Source: Geodermatophilus sp. DF01-2 (lineage in GTDB: Bacteria; Actinomycetota; Actinomycetes; Mycobacteriales; Geodermatophilaceae). From it: DNA of 50,080 nucleotides. A program made the translations under genes and the position numbers. The stretch spans positions 1 to 50,080 of the forward strand of contig NZ_SPQN01000020.1 in assembly GCF_004571065.1 (NCBI RefSeq), in the 5' to 3' direction. The notes under the pieces were generated by a model, which was not told where the DNA came from, made no database searches, and saw nothing but the letters and a program-made list of their open reading frames with translations. Shown here in pieces: positions 1 to 7,344 of the stretch; position 1 is the stretch's first letter; each line of letters begins with the position of its first letter.

Positions 1-1478
1 AACCGCGCGGCGTGCACCGCGGCCCCGGCGTCGTCCACCGCGCGGTCGGCGGCCGCCCACCAACCATCCGACGGTGGCCGGTCGGCATCTGGCGGTGGCG
101 GCCCGGCCGCGTGCGGCGGCGGGTCGGCGTCCGGGGATGCGGCCTGCGGTGGCGGCCCGGCGTGCGGAGGTCGAGCCGGGATCGCCGGCTGGAGGTCCAG
201 GCTCCACTCCAACTCCTGCCCGGCGGCGATCCACTCCGCCCGCTCGACCGGATCGGTGACCCAGTCCGGCGGGTGGATGGTCTCCGACCGGTACGGCTCG
301 CCGGGTTCGACCGCATCCCCGAGGAACGCCGACCAGCCGGGCAGCCCGGCGCCGGAGAAGTCACCGGCGGCGATCCGGCGTTCGGCCTCGGCCCACCACG
401 CCGGATCGTCGAACCAGTCGCTCGGCCCGGTCGGCACGGCCTCGGCGCCCGGGCCGACCGGGTGCTCGTCCGGGGCGTTCACCGGCTCATCGGCCTTACC
501 GCCCGAGCCGGCCGGCTCCTCCTCCGGCGCGCCGACCGGCTCGCCGGCCTCGGCGCCCAGACCGGCCGGGTCCTCCTCCGAGGCGTCGACCGGCTCATCG
601 ACCCCAACGCCCGAACCGGCCGGAGCGGACTCGGCCGGGGCGGCCGGGTCGGCGGGCTCCGTCGGGTTCGCCGGATCGGCGGCGTCCGTCGCAGCAGGTG
701 TGGAAACCCGGCCCAGGCCGGCGAAGGCGCGCACCAGCTGGCGGGCCATCTCCGCGGGCACCAGCTCCCCATCCACCTCCGCCGGAGCGTCCCCACCCAG
801 CAGCGTGCCCACCGACGCCACGACGGACAGCAGCACCCGCACCGGCGGCAGGTCGGTCTCACCGGGGCGCAGCACCAGGTCCAGCAGCGCGTCGACCATC
901 TTCTGCCCCCGCGTCCGCACCGGCCCCTCCGACCCCTCCGGACCGTCCGGACCGTCGGGGTCGTCGGCCAGCGCGTCGGCGTACCGCACCAGCGCGGCGT
1001 GCAGCGCCCGCGCCTCGGGCATCGTGCACACCACGGTCAGCGCGGCCATCCCCTCGGCCCGCTCCGGCCGCAACGAGATCCCCCGCTCCGTCAGCGCCCG
1101 GGCCAACCGCCGCGCCGCCGCGGCCGCGTCGCGCTGGGCGACGATCCGGCGGGCCTTGTCCCCCAGCTGCGCCGGCGAGGTGACCGTCTGCCGCCGGCCC
1201 ATCCAGGCGATCAGCTCGGCCTCGACCTCCGCCCGCACCACGTCGTCGGCGACCGGGGCGACCTTGTCGATCAGATGCCACAGATGCCCGGCGTGCAGCA
1301 CCCCGGCCTCCAGCGCCGCCAGCGTCGCCGGCAGCCGGTGCACCAGGATCAGCGACTCGGCCAGCAGCCGCTCGGCGCCCTGCCGGGTCAGGTTCAGCGC
1401 GATCGCCACCTCCGGCGTGGCCCACTCCGAGATCGGGCGCAACACCTCGGCCCGCGCCGCCCACCGCTCGGCACTCAT
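1..1478 (-). CDS. DUF222-like domain protein, 3'-partial. The N-terminal ~250 aa are DUF222-like (MSAERWAARAEVLRPISEWATPEVAIALNLTRQ...PAQLGDKARRIV). A Pro/Glu/Asp-rich repetitive tail follows and runs off the window start.
   Basis: Manual minus-strand translation from the ATG near 1478 gives a continuous, protein-like sequence to position 1. It is absent from the ORF track only because its stop lies outside the window. The plus-strand ORFs covering it (12..1583, 256..2151) have a low-complexity R/P/G composition typical of antisense artefacts. Start coordinate may be off by 1. Confidence 0.45.
   Translation of the reverse strand, partial: MSAERWAARAEVLRPISEWATPEVAIALNLTRQGAERLLAESLILVHRLPATLAALEAGVLHAGHLWHLIDKVAPVADDVVRAEVEAELIAWMGRRQTVTSPAQLGDKARRIVAQRDAAAAARRLARALTERGISLRPERAEGMAALTVVCTMPEARALHAALVRYADALADDPDGPDGPEGSEGPVRTRGQKMVDALLDLVLRPGETDLPPVRVLLSVVASVGTLLGGDAPAEVDGELVPAEMARQLVRAFAGLGRVSTPAATDAADPANPTEPADPAAPAESAPAGSGVGVDEPVDASEEDPAGLGAEAGEPVGAPEEEPAGSGGKADEPVNAPDEHPVGPGAEAVPTGPSDWFDDPAWWAEAERRIAAGDFSGAGLPGWSAFLGDAVEPGEPYRSETIHPPDWVTDPVERAEWIAAGQELEWSLDLQPAIPARPPHAGPPPQAASPDADPPPHAAGPPPPDADRPPSDGWWAAADRAVDDAGAAVHAAR
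481..642 (-). repeat. Three tandem copies of a ~54-bp unit (accggctc[at]cg...ccggccgg.tcctcctccg...) inside the partial gene. They encode the acidic Pro-rich repeats (DEPV.A.EE.PAG.G...).
   Basis: Direct reading of the sequence at 481-534, 535-588 and 589-642. Confidence 0.5.
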
Positions 1479-1867
1479 CGCACCGCGCTCACCCTGCGCC
1501 CGATCCGCCGACGCCGGCCGGGAGGCGGCGAACTCCGCCACCGCCCGCGCCCGCACCGCCGTGGCCCGGGCGATCTCCCGTGACGCGGCCTGCACCACCC
1601 CCAGCGGCCCCGACGCCCACCCCACGGCAGGCGCGCCAGCACCCGGAGTGCCGGTCTGCGTCCCGCCGTCCATGCCCTCGATCATACGTTCGAGCGACGA
1701 CAGTCGCAAGCCGCGCGGCGGAGAACGGGCTGGTCACCGGCACGAGCCGGGTGCACGAGAGGGAGCCGAACCGGGCACCCGGCTCGAGATGGGGGCGGGT
1801 AACGGCTCGAGGCCGGTGCTCGGGACGGAAGTACCGGTCTCGAGCACCGGGCTACGCGGGAGGGACG

Positions 1868-2569
1868 TCAGCGGCTCGTGGCCGCCAGCGAGGCCGACAG
1901 GGTCAGCCGGTAGGCATCGGGCACCTCGGCCGCCGGGCGACGCGGGGTGGGCATCAGGTCGATCACCATCCGGGTCGGCGCGAAGGCCTCGGCGTAACCG
2001 ATCCGCGCCTGTGCACCCCAGTGCCTCGCCGAGGCCACCACCGCGTCCGGCTCCACCATCGCCGACATCTCCACCTGCGAGGCGTGCGCGCCCAGCGCCG
2101 CCAACTTCCCCGACAGATACGCCGTCACGTCCACGAACGTCGTCGGGGTGAAGGTCAGCGTCGACGGGCTCTGGTAGTGCATGACTCGCGACAGTCGGCG
2201 CGCCGCCGACAACGTCGCCGCCGCCACCGCCCGGTGGTCCTGATGACTGTCCTCCGGTGCATGCACGTACACCACGTCGGCGTCGGTCTCCCGCAGCGCG
2301 CGCTCCACCACCGCGACCGTCGCCGCATCCGGAACGACCGTGCAGTCCCGCAGCCCGCCCCAGAGCAGCCGGGCGCCCAGCGTCCGCGCCGCCTGCTCCT
2401 GCTCGACCCGGCGACCCACGACCGCGGCGTCGTCCCCCGGGCCGTTCTCGCCGCCGGTCATCACGAGCATCGTCACCGCGTCCCCGGCCGCGGCGTGCGC
2501 GAGCAGAGTGGCGCCACACCCCAGCTCGATGTCGTCGGGGTGCGCCCCGACCGCCAGGACCCTACGCAT
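1868..2569 (-). CDS. PIG-L (LmbE/MshB-like) family N-acetylglucosaminyl deacetylase.
   Basis: Translation MRRVLAVGAHPDDIELGCGATLLAHAAAGDAVTMLVMTGGENG...DSHQDHRAVAAATL carries the PIG-L signature (AHPDDE-like block, HxDH). The start was set at the internal Met rather than the ORF-track start at 2752. This Met lies 8 nt before the stop of the upstream gene. Confidence 0.75.
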   Translation of the reverse strand: MRRVLAVGAHPDDIELGCGATLLAHAAAGDAVTMLVMTGGENGPGDDAAVVGRRVEQEQAARTLGARLLWGGLRDCTVVPDAATVAVVERALRETDADVVYVHAPEDSHQDHRAVAAATLSAARRLSRVMHYQSPSTLTFTPTTFVDVTAYLSGKLAALGAHASQVEMSAMVEPDAVVASARHWGAQARIGYAEAFAPTRMVIDLMPTPRRPAAEVPDAYRLTLSASLAATSR

Positions 2570-3125
2570 CGGAGCGGCCCGCCCCAGCCAGCGCACGAGC
2601 CCGCCGGTTCGCCCGGTGCACCAGCACCGCGCCGACCATCCCAGCCGCCACCAGCCCGATCGCCGGCCCGGTCCCGTTGCCCTCCTCCGGCAGCTCCGTC
2701 GACGAGGGGCAGGCCGGGGAGGTGCCGGAGGCGGCCGCGAAGTCGAGGACATAGCCGTCGAGTTCCCACCGCGCCCCCGCGCCGAGCTCGGCCGCGGTCA
2801 CGCGAACCGTGAAGGCGCCGTGCACGGTGCCCGATTCGAAGACGGTCGGCTGCACGCCCTGGAGCCGCGACGGGAACAGGCCGTTCTTCTTGCCGTGCTG
2901 GATGCGCCACCCGTCCCTGGTGTAGCTCGTGTATCCGACGACGAGCGTCCGGGAGCCGTCCTGGTTCTCCACGTGGCAGTCCAGGATCGGCTGCACCTTC
3001 CAGTTGGCCGACGCCGTGCCGGGTGCGGCGAGCAGCCCCACCGCGGCGATGACCGCGACCAGCGCGGCACGGGTGACACGCGCGCCAGCGCGCCGTGCCC
3101 TCGAAGACCTCTTGCGGCCGTCCAT
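2562..3125 (-). CDS. Small secreted protein with a C-terminal tripartite sorting-signal-like tail (candidate exosortase-type substrate).
   Basis: N-terminal signal peptide (RRAGARVTRAALVAVIAAVGLLAAPGTASA), a ~120-aa mature domain with two Cys, then ...ACPSSTELPEEGNGTGP + hydrophobic helix AIGLVAAGMVGAVLV + basic tail HRANRRARALAG. Overlaps the PIG-L start by 8 nt. Confidence 0.6.
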   Translation of the reverse strand: MDGRKRSSRARRAGARVTRAALVAVIAAVGLLAAPGTASANWKVQPILDCHVENQDGSRTLVVGYTSYTRDGWRIQHGKKNGLFPSRLQGVQPTVFESGTVHGAFTVRVTAAELGAGARWELDGYVLDFAAASGTSPACPSSTELPEEGNGTGPAIGLVAAGMVGAVLVHRANRRARALAGAGRSDA

Positions 3126-3234
3126 GACATGCGTCCTCGTGTCCGGGGCGGCCGATCCGCCCGTCGGGGACGCATCGGCATCCCCGGGCTCGCGCTGTAG
3201 AACCGACAGCGCGATCTCCCCCGGAGGGGTGAGG

Positions 3235-3960
3235 TCATCCCGGAGACAGCGCCGCCGCGTCGGCCCCGAGCAGACCCAGGGCGAGCTCGGCCGCGGCGGG
3301 GAAGGTGTCGGTGACCGCCCAGGCGCGCGGCTCGTCGGGGGCGGTGGCGTACTCGCCCTGCCGGATGCGGACGGCGCGGGCGCCGACGGCGGCCGCCACG
3401 GCGACGTCCTTGCCCGGGCGGTCGCCGATCACCAGCAGCCGGTCGGGCGGCAGTCCCAGCCGCGCGGCGACGGCGACGAGGCCGGTCGGGTGCGGCTTGC
3501 GGACGGCGCGCCCGCCGAGGGCGTCGGTGACGACGACGACCGGCAGCAGGCGCCCCAGGCCGGTCGCGGCCACCTTCGCCGCCTGGATGGCCGGGTTGCC
3601 GTCGGTGAGACAGGCCAGCGGTGCGGCCGCGGCCAGCGCGCACAGCGCCTCCTCGGCGCCCGGGTACGGCGACAGCCGCGGTGGCGTGTGCTGTGTGAAC
3701 GCCGCCACCAGCGGTGGCACCAGGGCGGACAGGGACGACGCCGGCACGCCCACCGCGAGCAGCGCCCGGTCGATCGTGCCCCCGGCGTCCGACCCCGCGG
3801 CGAGCTCCTTCCGCAGCGCGGCGTGCACGGCCGCGCCGTCCAGCCCCGCGTGGCCCGCCGCGACCCCGACCGCGGCAGCGGCGGAGGCGAGGTAGTCGGC
3901 CTGCGGGTAGAGCGTGTCGTCGAGGTCGACGACCACACCCAGCGGCGCGGGTCCCGTCAC
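3235..3960 (-). CDS. HAD-superfamily hydrolase (phosphatase-like).
   Basis: Motif I VVVDLDDTLY and motif IV VIGDRPGKD. The GTG start at 3960 forms a GTGA overlap with the stop of the epimerase gene; the long N-terminal extension in the ORF track is Arg-rich junk. Confidence 0.65.
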   Translation of the reverse strand: MTGPAPLGVVVDLDDTLYPQADYLASAAAAVGVAAGHAGLDGAAVHAALRKELAAGSDAGGTIDRALLAVGVPASSLSALVPPLVAAFTQHTPPRLSPYPGAEEALCALAAAAPLACLTDGNPAIQAAKVAATGLGRLLPVVVVTDALGGRAVRKPHPTGLVAVAARLGLPPDRLLVIGDRPGKDVAVAAAVGARAVRIRQGEYATAPDEPRAWAVTDTFPAAAELALGLLGADAAALSPG

Positions 3961-5138
3961 CACGGCAGCCGACCGTCGGTGAAGTCCGGCTCGTCGAGGG
4001 CCAGCAGAGCGTCGGTGCGCTCGTCGGCGAGGACGGCGGCCACCTGCGGCCCGGTCGTGCCGTCGCCGTACGGGCACGGCGCCGTCGCGGCCCGCTCCTG
4101 CCCCTCCGGGCTGGTGTGCCCGGCCGCGGCGGACAGCACCGCGGCCGCCGCCCGGTCGTCGGCCAGCGAGGCGAGGGTCGTCGTCCCCGCCTCCACCCCC
4201 TCCCAGCGCGGCGTCGAGCCGCGCAGCACCACCACTGGGACGCCGAGGTAGGCGGCCTCCTCCTGGATGCCGCCCGAGTCGGTGACCGCCAACCGCGCCG
4301 TGGCCAGCGCGGCCAGGAGGACGTCGTACGAGACGGGGCCGGTCAGCCTCACGCCCGGGTGCTCCAGCTGCGTACCGAGGCCGGTGTCCGACAGGCGGGC
4401 CGCCGTGCGGGGGTGCACCGGGAAGGTCACCGGCCCCACCTGCTCGGCCAGCGCCCGCACCACGCCGACGAGACGGGCCAGGCGGACCGGGTCGTCGACG
4501 TTGGTCGGCCGGTGCGCGGTGACCAGCACGCCGGACCGCTCGGCGAGCGGCACCCGACGGACGCCACGGGCGACGAGCGTGTCGATGACCGGGTTGCCGA
4601 CGACGAAGACGCGCTCCGCGGCGACCCCCTCGTCGGCCAGGAAGGCCGCGGCGCGCTTGGTCGGCGCGAAGTGCAGCTGGGCGACCGCGGCGGCGACCCG
4701 GCGGTTGACCTCCTCGACGCTGCGCGGGTTGAGGCTGCGCAGCCCGGCCTCGAGGTGGGCGAAGGGCACCCCCGCGGCTCGGGCGGCCAGCGCGTAGGCC
4801 GGCACGGTGTTGGTGTCGCCGAGGGCGAGCACCAGGTCGGGAGCGAACAGGCGGAACGCCCGGAACGCGTCGGCGTGCAGGGCGCCGGTCCGGCCGGCCG
4901 GGTCGGTCGGCAGCCCGAAGCGGTGCCCGGGGACGAGGCCGAGCGCAGCCTGCAGCTGCGCGCCCATCTCCGGGTCGGTGTGCTGGCCGGTGTCGACGAC
5001 GCTCACCCGGTGACCGGCGCTCCGCAGGGCGGCGACGACCGGGGCCAGCTTGACCACCTCGGGCCGGGTGCCGAACGGCACCAGGACGTGCCGGCTGCGG
5101 CTGCCCTGCCCGTTCCGTGACCTCGCGAGCTCGGTCAC
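3957..5138 (-). CDS. wecB: UDP-N-acetylglucosamine 2-epimerase (non-hydrolysing, WecB/MnaA family).
   Basis: HVLVPFGTRPEVVKLAPVVAAL...HLEAGLRS...NPVIDTL is diagnostic of this family. GTG start at 5138 in a GTGA overlap with the upstream stop (5135-5137). 393 aa. Confidence 0.8.
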   Translation of the reverse strand: MTELARSRNGQGSRSRHVLVPFGTRPEVVKLAPVVAALRSAGHRVSVVDTGQHTDPEMGAQLQAALGLVPGHRFGLPTDPAGRTGALHADAFRAFRLFAPDLVLALGDTNTVPAYALAARAAGVPFAHLEAGLRSLNPRSVEEVNRRVAAAVAQLHFAPTKRAAAFLADEGVAAERVFVVGNPVIDTLVARGVRRVPLAERSGVLVTAHRPTNVDDPVRLARLVGVVRALAEQVGPVTFPVHPRTAARLSDTGLGTQLEHPGVRLTGPVSYDVLLAALATARLAVTDSGGIQEEAAYLGVPVVVLRGSTPRWEGVEAGTTTLASLADDRAAAAVLSAAAGHTSPEGQERAATAPCPYGDGTTGPQVAAVLADERTDALLALDEPDFTDGRLPW

Positions 5139-6190
5139 GCGGTCACCGCCGCGGGCGCGCAGGGGTCGACGACGGGGCTGCCGTCGTCGCTGGTGTAGGT
5201 CTCGGCGAAGTAGCGGCTCATCGCCACGCCCGGCCGGAAGGACAGCTCCGGTACCGGGGCGCCACGGACACCGGACAGGTACGCGCCGACGACGTCCGCC
5301 CCGGCCGCGAGCGTGAGCGGCAGGCCTCCGGAGAAGCGCGGATTGATCTCCACGACGGTTGCGGCGCCGTCGTCGGCGACGAAGCCCTGCACGTTGGCCG
5401 GCCCGGTGAGCCCGACGGCGGCCAGCGCCGCGGCGACGACGTCGGTCACCGCCCGGGACTCGAAGGTGCGGCCCTTCACCGAGATCCCGGCCTTGGTCTC
5501 CTCCCGCCACCGCGGCACGGCCGCGCGCAGCGCGCCGTCCCGGTCCACCAGGGCATCGGCGGTGAACTCGCGGCCCGCGAGGCGGGTCTGGGCGATGAGA
5601 CCGGCGTCCTCGCAGAGCGCGGCGACCACCGTGTCCCGGTCGTCGAGCAGCCGGACGCCGCGGCTGCCCCGGCCGGCCAGCGGCTTGACCACCCACGGGC
5701 CGGGGACGCCGGCGACCTCGGCGGCGCAAGTGGCGGTCGCCGGGTGCGGCACGCCGGCGGCCGCCATGGCCCGGGCGAAGGCCGCCTTGTCGCAACACAG
5801 GGCCACCGCGGCCACGGGGGGCAGCCAGGTGGCGACGCCGGCCGCGGTCAGCCGGCCGGCGCCGGCGGCCAGGTACGGCAGCTCCTCGGCGACCGTGCCG
5901 ACCAGCGCGTCGACCCCGGAGTCGGTGCAGACCGCGATGAGCGCGTCGACGAAGCGGGGGTGGTCGCCGCGGGGCACGGTGACGCGCACGTGCGCGAGCG
6001 CTCCCCCGGCGGCGGCGGGATCGGCGTCGGCGGCGACGACCCGGTGGCCGAGGGCGACCAGCCGGCGGACCACCGCCACGCCGGCCGGGCCACCGGCGCC
6101 GGTCACGAGCACGGCGGGACCGTCGGTCGGGTCGGCGAGCGGCGGCGGAGCAGCCGCGGGCGGGCGGGGCTGGGGCAGGGAGGGGGTCAT
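5135..6190 (-). CDS. ATP-grasp domain protein (carboxylate-amine ligase, CPSase-L/PylC-like).
   Basis: 351 aa from MTPSLPQP...; VLVTGAGG...WVVKPLAGRGSRGVRLL...VVEINPRFSGG ATP-grasp blocks. The ATG at 6190 overlaps the upstream stop (ATGA). Confidence 0.65.
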   Translation of the reverse strand: MTPSLPQPRPPAAAPPPLADPTDGPAVLVTGAGGPAGVAVVRRLVALGHRVVAADADPAAAGGALAHVRVTVPRGDHPRFVDALIAVCTDSGVDALVGTVAEELPYLAAGAGRLTAAGVATWLPPVAAVALCCDKAAFARAMAAAGVPHPATATCAAEVAGVPGPWVVKPLAGRGSRGVRLLDDRDTVVAALCEDAGLIAQTRLAGREFTADALVDRDGALRAAVPRWREETKAGISVKGRTFESRAVTDVVAAALAAVGLTGPANVQGFVADDGAATVVEINPRFSGGLPLTLAAGADVVGAYLSGVRGAPVPELSFRPGVAMSRYFAETYTSDDGSPVVDPCAPAAVTA

Positions 6191-7344
6191 CGGTCGTCCT
6201 GGGTCGTCGGGGCGGGGGTGGGGGCGGAGCTGCGCGGCCGGGGGGTCGGCGGTCGGAGGGCGGGGCGGACGGCGGTGGGCGGCAGCCGGTCGGTGGCCGG
6301 CTCGGGCGCCGCGACGGCGGGTCCGGGGGCGGCGTCCCGCTCCGAGCGCTGCAACAGCCAGCCCCGCGCCCACAGCCGCAGGGCGCCCACCCGGTGGTTG
6401 GTCACCGGCTCCCACTGCCGGGCCGCGATCGCCTCGGCGAGGGCATCGAGCACGGCCGGGTCGTCGTCGTAGGTCGCCACCGCCACCAGGGAGGCGGCGT
6501 GTGCGCCCAGCCCGTCGCCGGCCAGCGCCCGGACCCGTGCGGCCCGCTCGACGGGAGGCAGGTGCCCGATCCGGTAGTCGATGCGCCCCGCCTCCCGGCG
6601 CGCCCCCATCCACCGGGAGACCCGGCGCGGGAGCACGTAGCGGTGCATCAGGCCGGCGAGGTTGACCCGACGGGAGACGACGCGCACGTCGCCGTCCGCC
6701 AGCCGGTAGCCCAGGCCGGGCCGCGCCCAGCTGTCGGGACGGCGGGCCGTGTGCCGGCCGGCGACGTCCTGCTCGGCCCGCTCCGCGGTCGGCAGCGTGA
6801 TGCAGACCATGAGCAGGAAGCCGCCGAGGGTGGCCGCCAGGTTCCAGACGGTGCCCACCCAGTCGTGGAAGAGGACCAGCGCGGGGGTGCCCCACACCAG
6901 GCCGGCGACGGTGCTGCCGGCCAGCCGGACGTGGTTGAGCACCAGCAGGGCGGCGACGGCGACGACGAGCCCGGCGACCGCGTGCTGGCGCCGGCCGCGC
7001 AGGACGACGGCGGTCAGCGCGGTGAGACCCAGGACCGACAGGATCGACGAGCAGGACTCGGTGACCTCGGCCAGGATGATCTCGCCGTCGGGGCGGAACA
7101 CCAGGACGTGCCGTTCCAGGGACGCCGACACCGAGTCCACGCCGAGGAACATCAGCACGTTCGCGACCCACCGGGCCTCGTGCACCTGCAGGAACCCGGC
7201 GCCGTATCGGAAGCCGACGGCGCAGATGACCACCGCCAGGCCCAGGTCCAGCAGCACCGGGACGAGGCGCCGGCCACTGCGCCGGGGACGGCGGTACCGG
7301 TGCCGGCCGCGCGGGAGCGGGGCCACGGCGACGGCGGTCGCCAT
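6187..7344 (-). CDS. Polytopic membrane protein with exosortase/archaeosortase-family-like core plus a ~190-aa cytoplasmic C-terminal extension.
   Basis: 385 aa with 6 or more predicted TM helices. The block DGEIILAEVTESCSSILSVLGLTAL resembles the exosortase active-site region (recalled signature ...IEVAE-ACSG-IRSL...). A conserved-looking N..R follows in the next helix (LVLNHVRL). The ATG at 7344 overlaps the GT2 stop by 1 nt. Assignment is by recalled motif only; no search was run. Confidence 0.45.
   Translation of the reverse strand: MATAVAVAPLPRGRHRYRRPRRSGRRLVPVLLDLGLAVVICAVGFRYGAGFLQVHEARWVANVLMFLGVDSVSASLERHVLVFRPDGEIILAEVTESCSSILSVLGLTALTAVVLRGRRQHAVAGLVVAVAALLVLNHVRLAGSTVAGLVWGTPALVLFHDWVGTVWNLAATLGGFLLMVCITLPTAERAEQDVAGRHTARRPDSWARPGLGYRLADGDVRVVSRRVNLAGLMHRYVLPRRVSRWMGARREAGRIDYRIGHLPPVERAARVRALAGDGLGAHAASLVAVATYDDDPAVLDALAEAIAARQWEPVTNHRVGALRLWARGWLLQRSERDAAPGPAVAAPEPATDRLPPTAVRPALRPPTPRPRSSAPTPAPTTQDDR

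Noticed and set aside
12-1583. 523-aa plus-strand ORF (and overlapping 256..2151, 859..1464).
   Set aside because: Arg/Pro/Gly-dominated, low-complexity translation. The opposite strand encodes a coherent DUF222-like protein, so these are typical antisense open frames of high-GC DNA.
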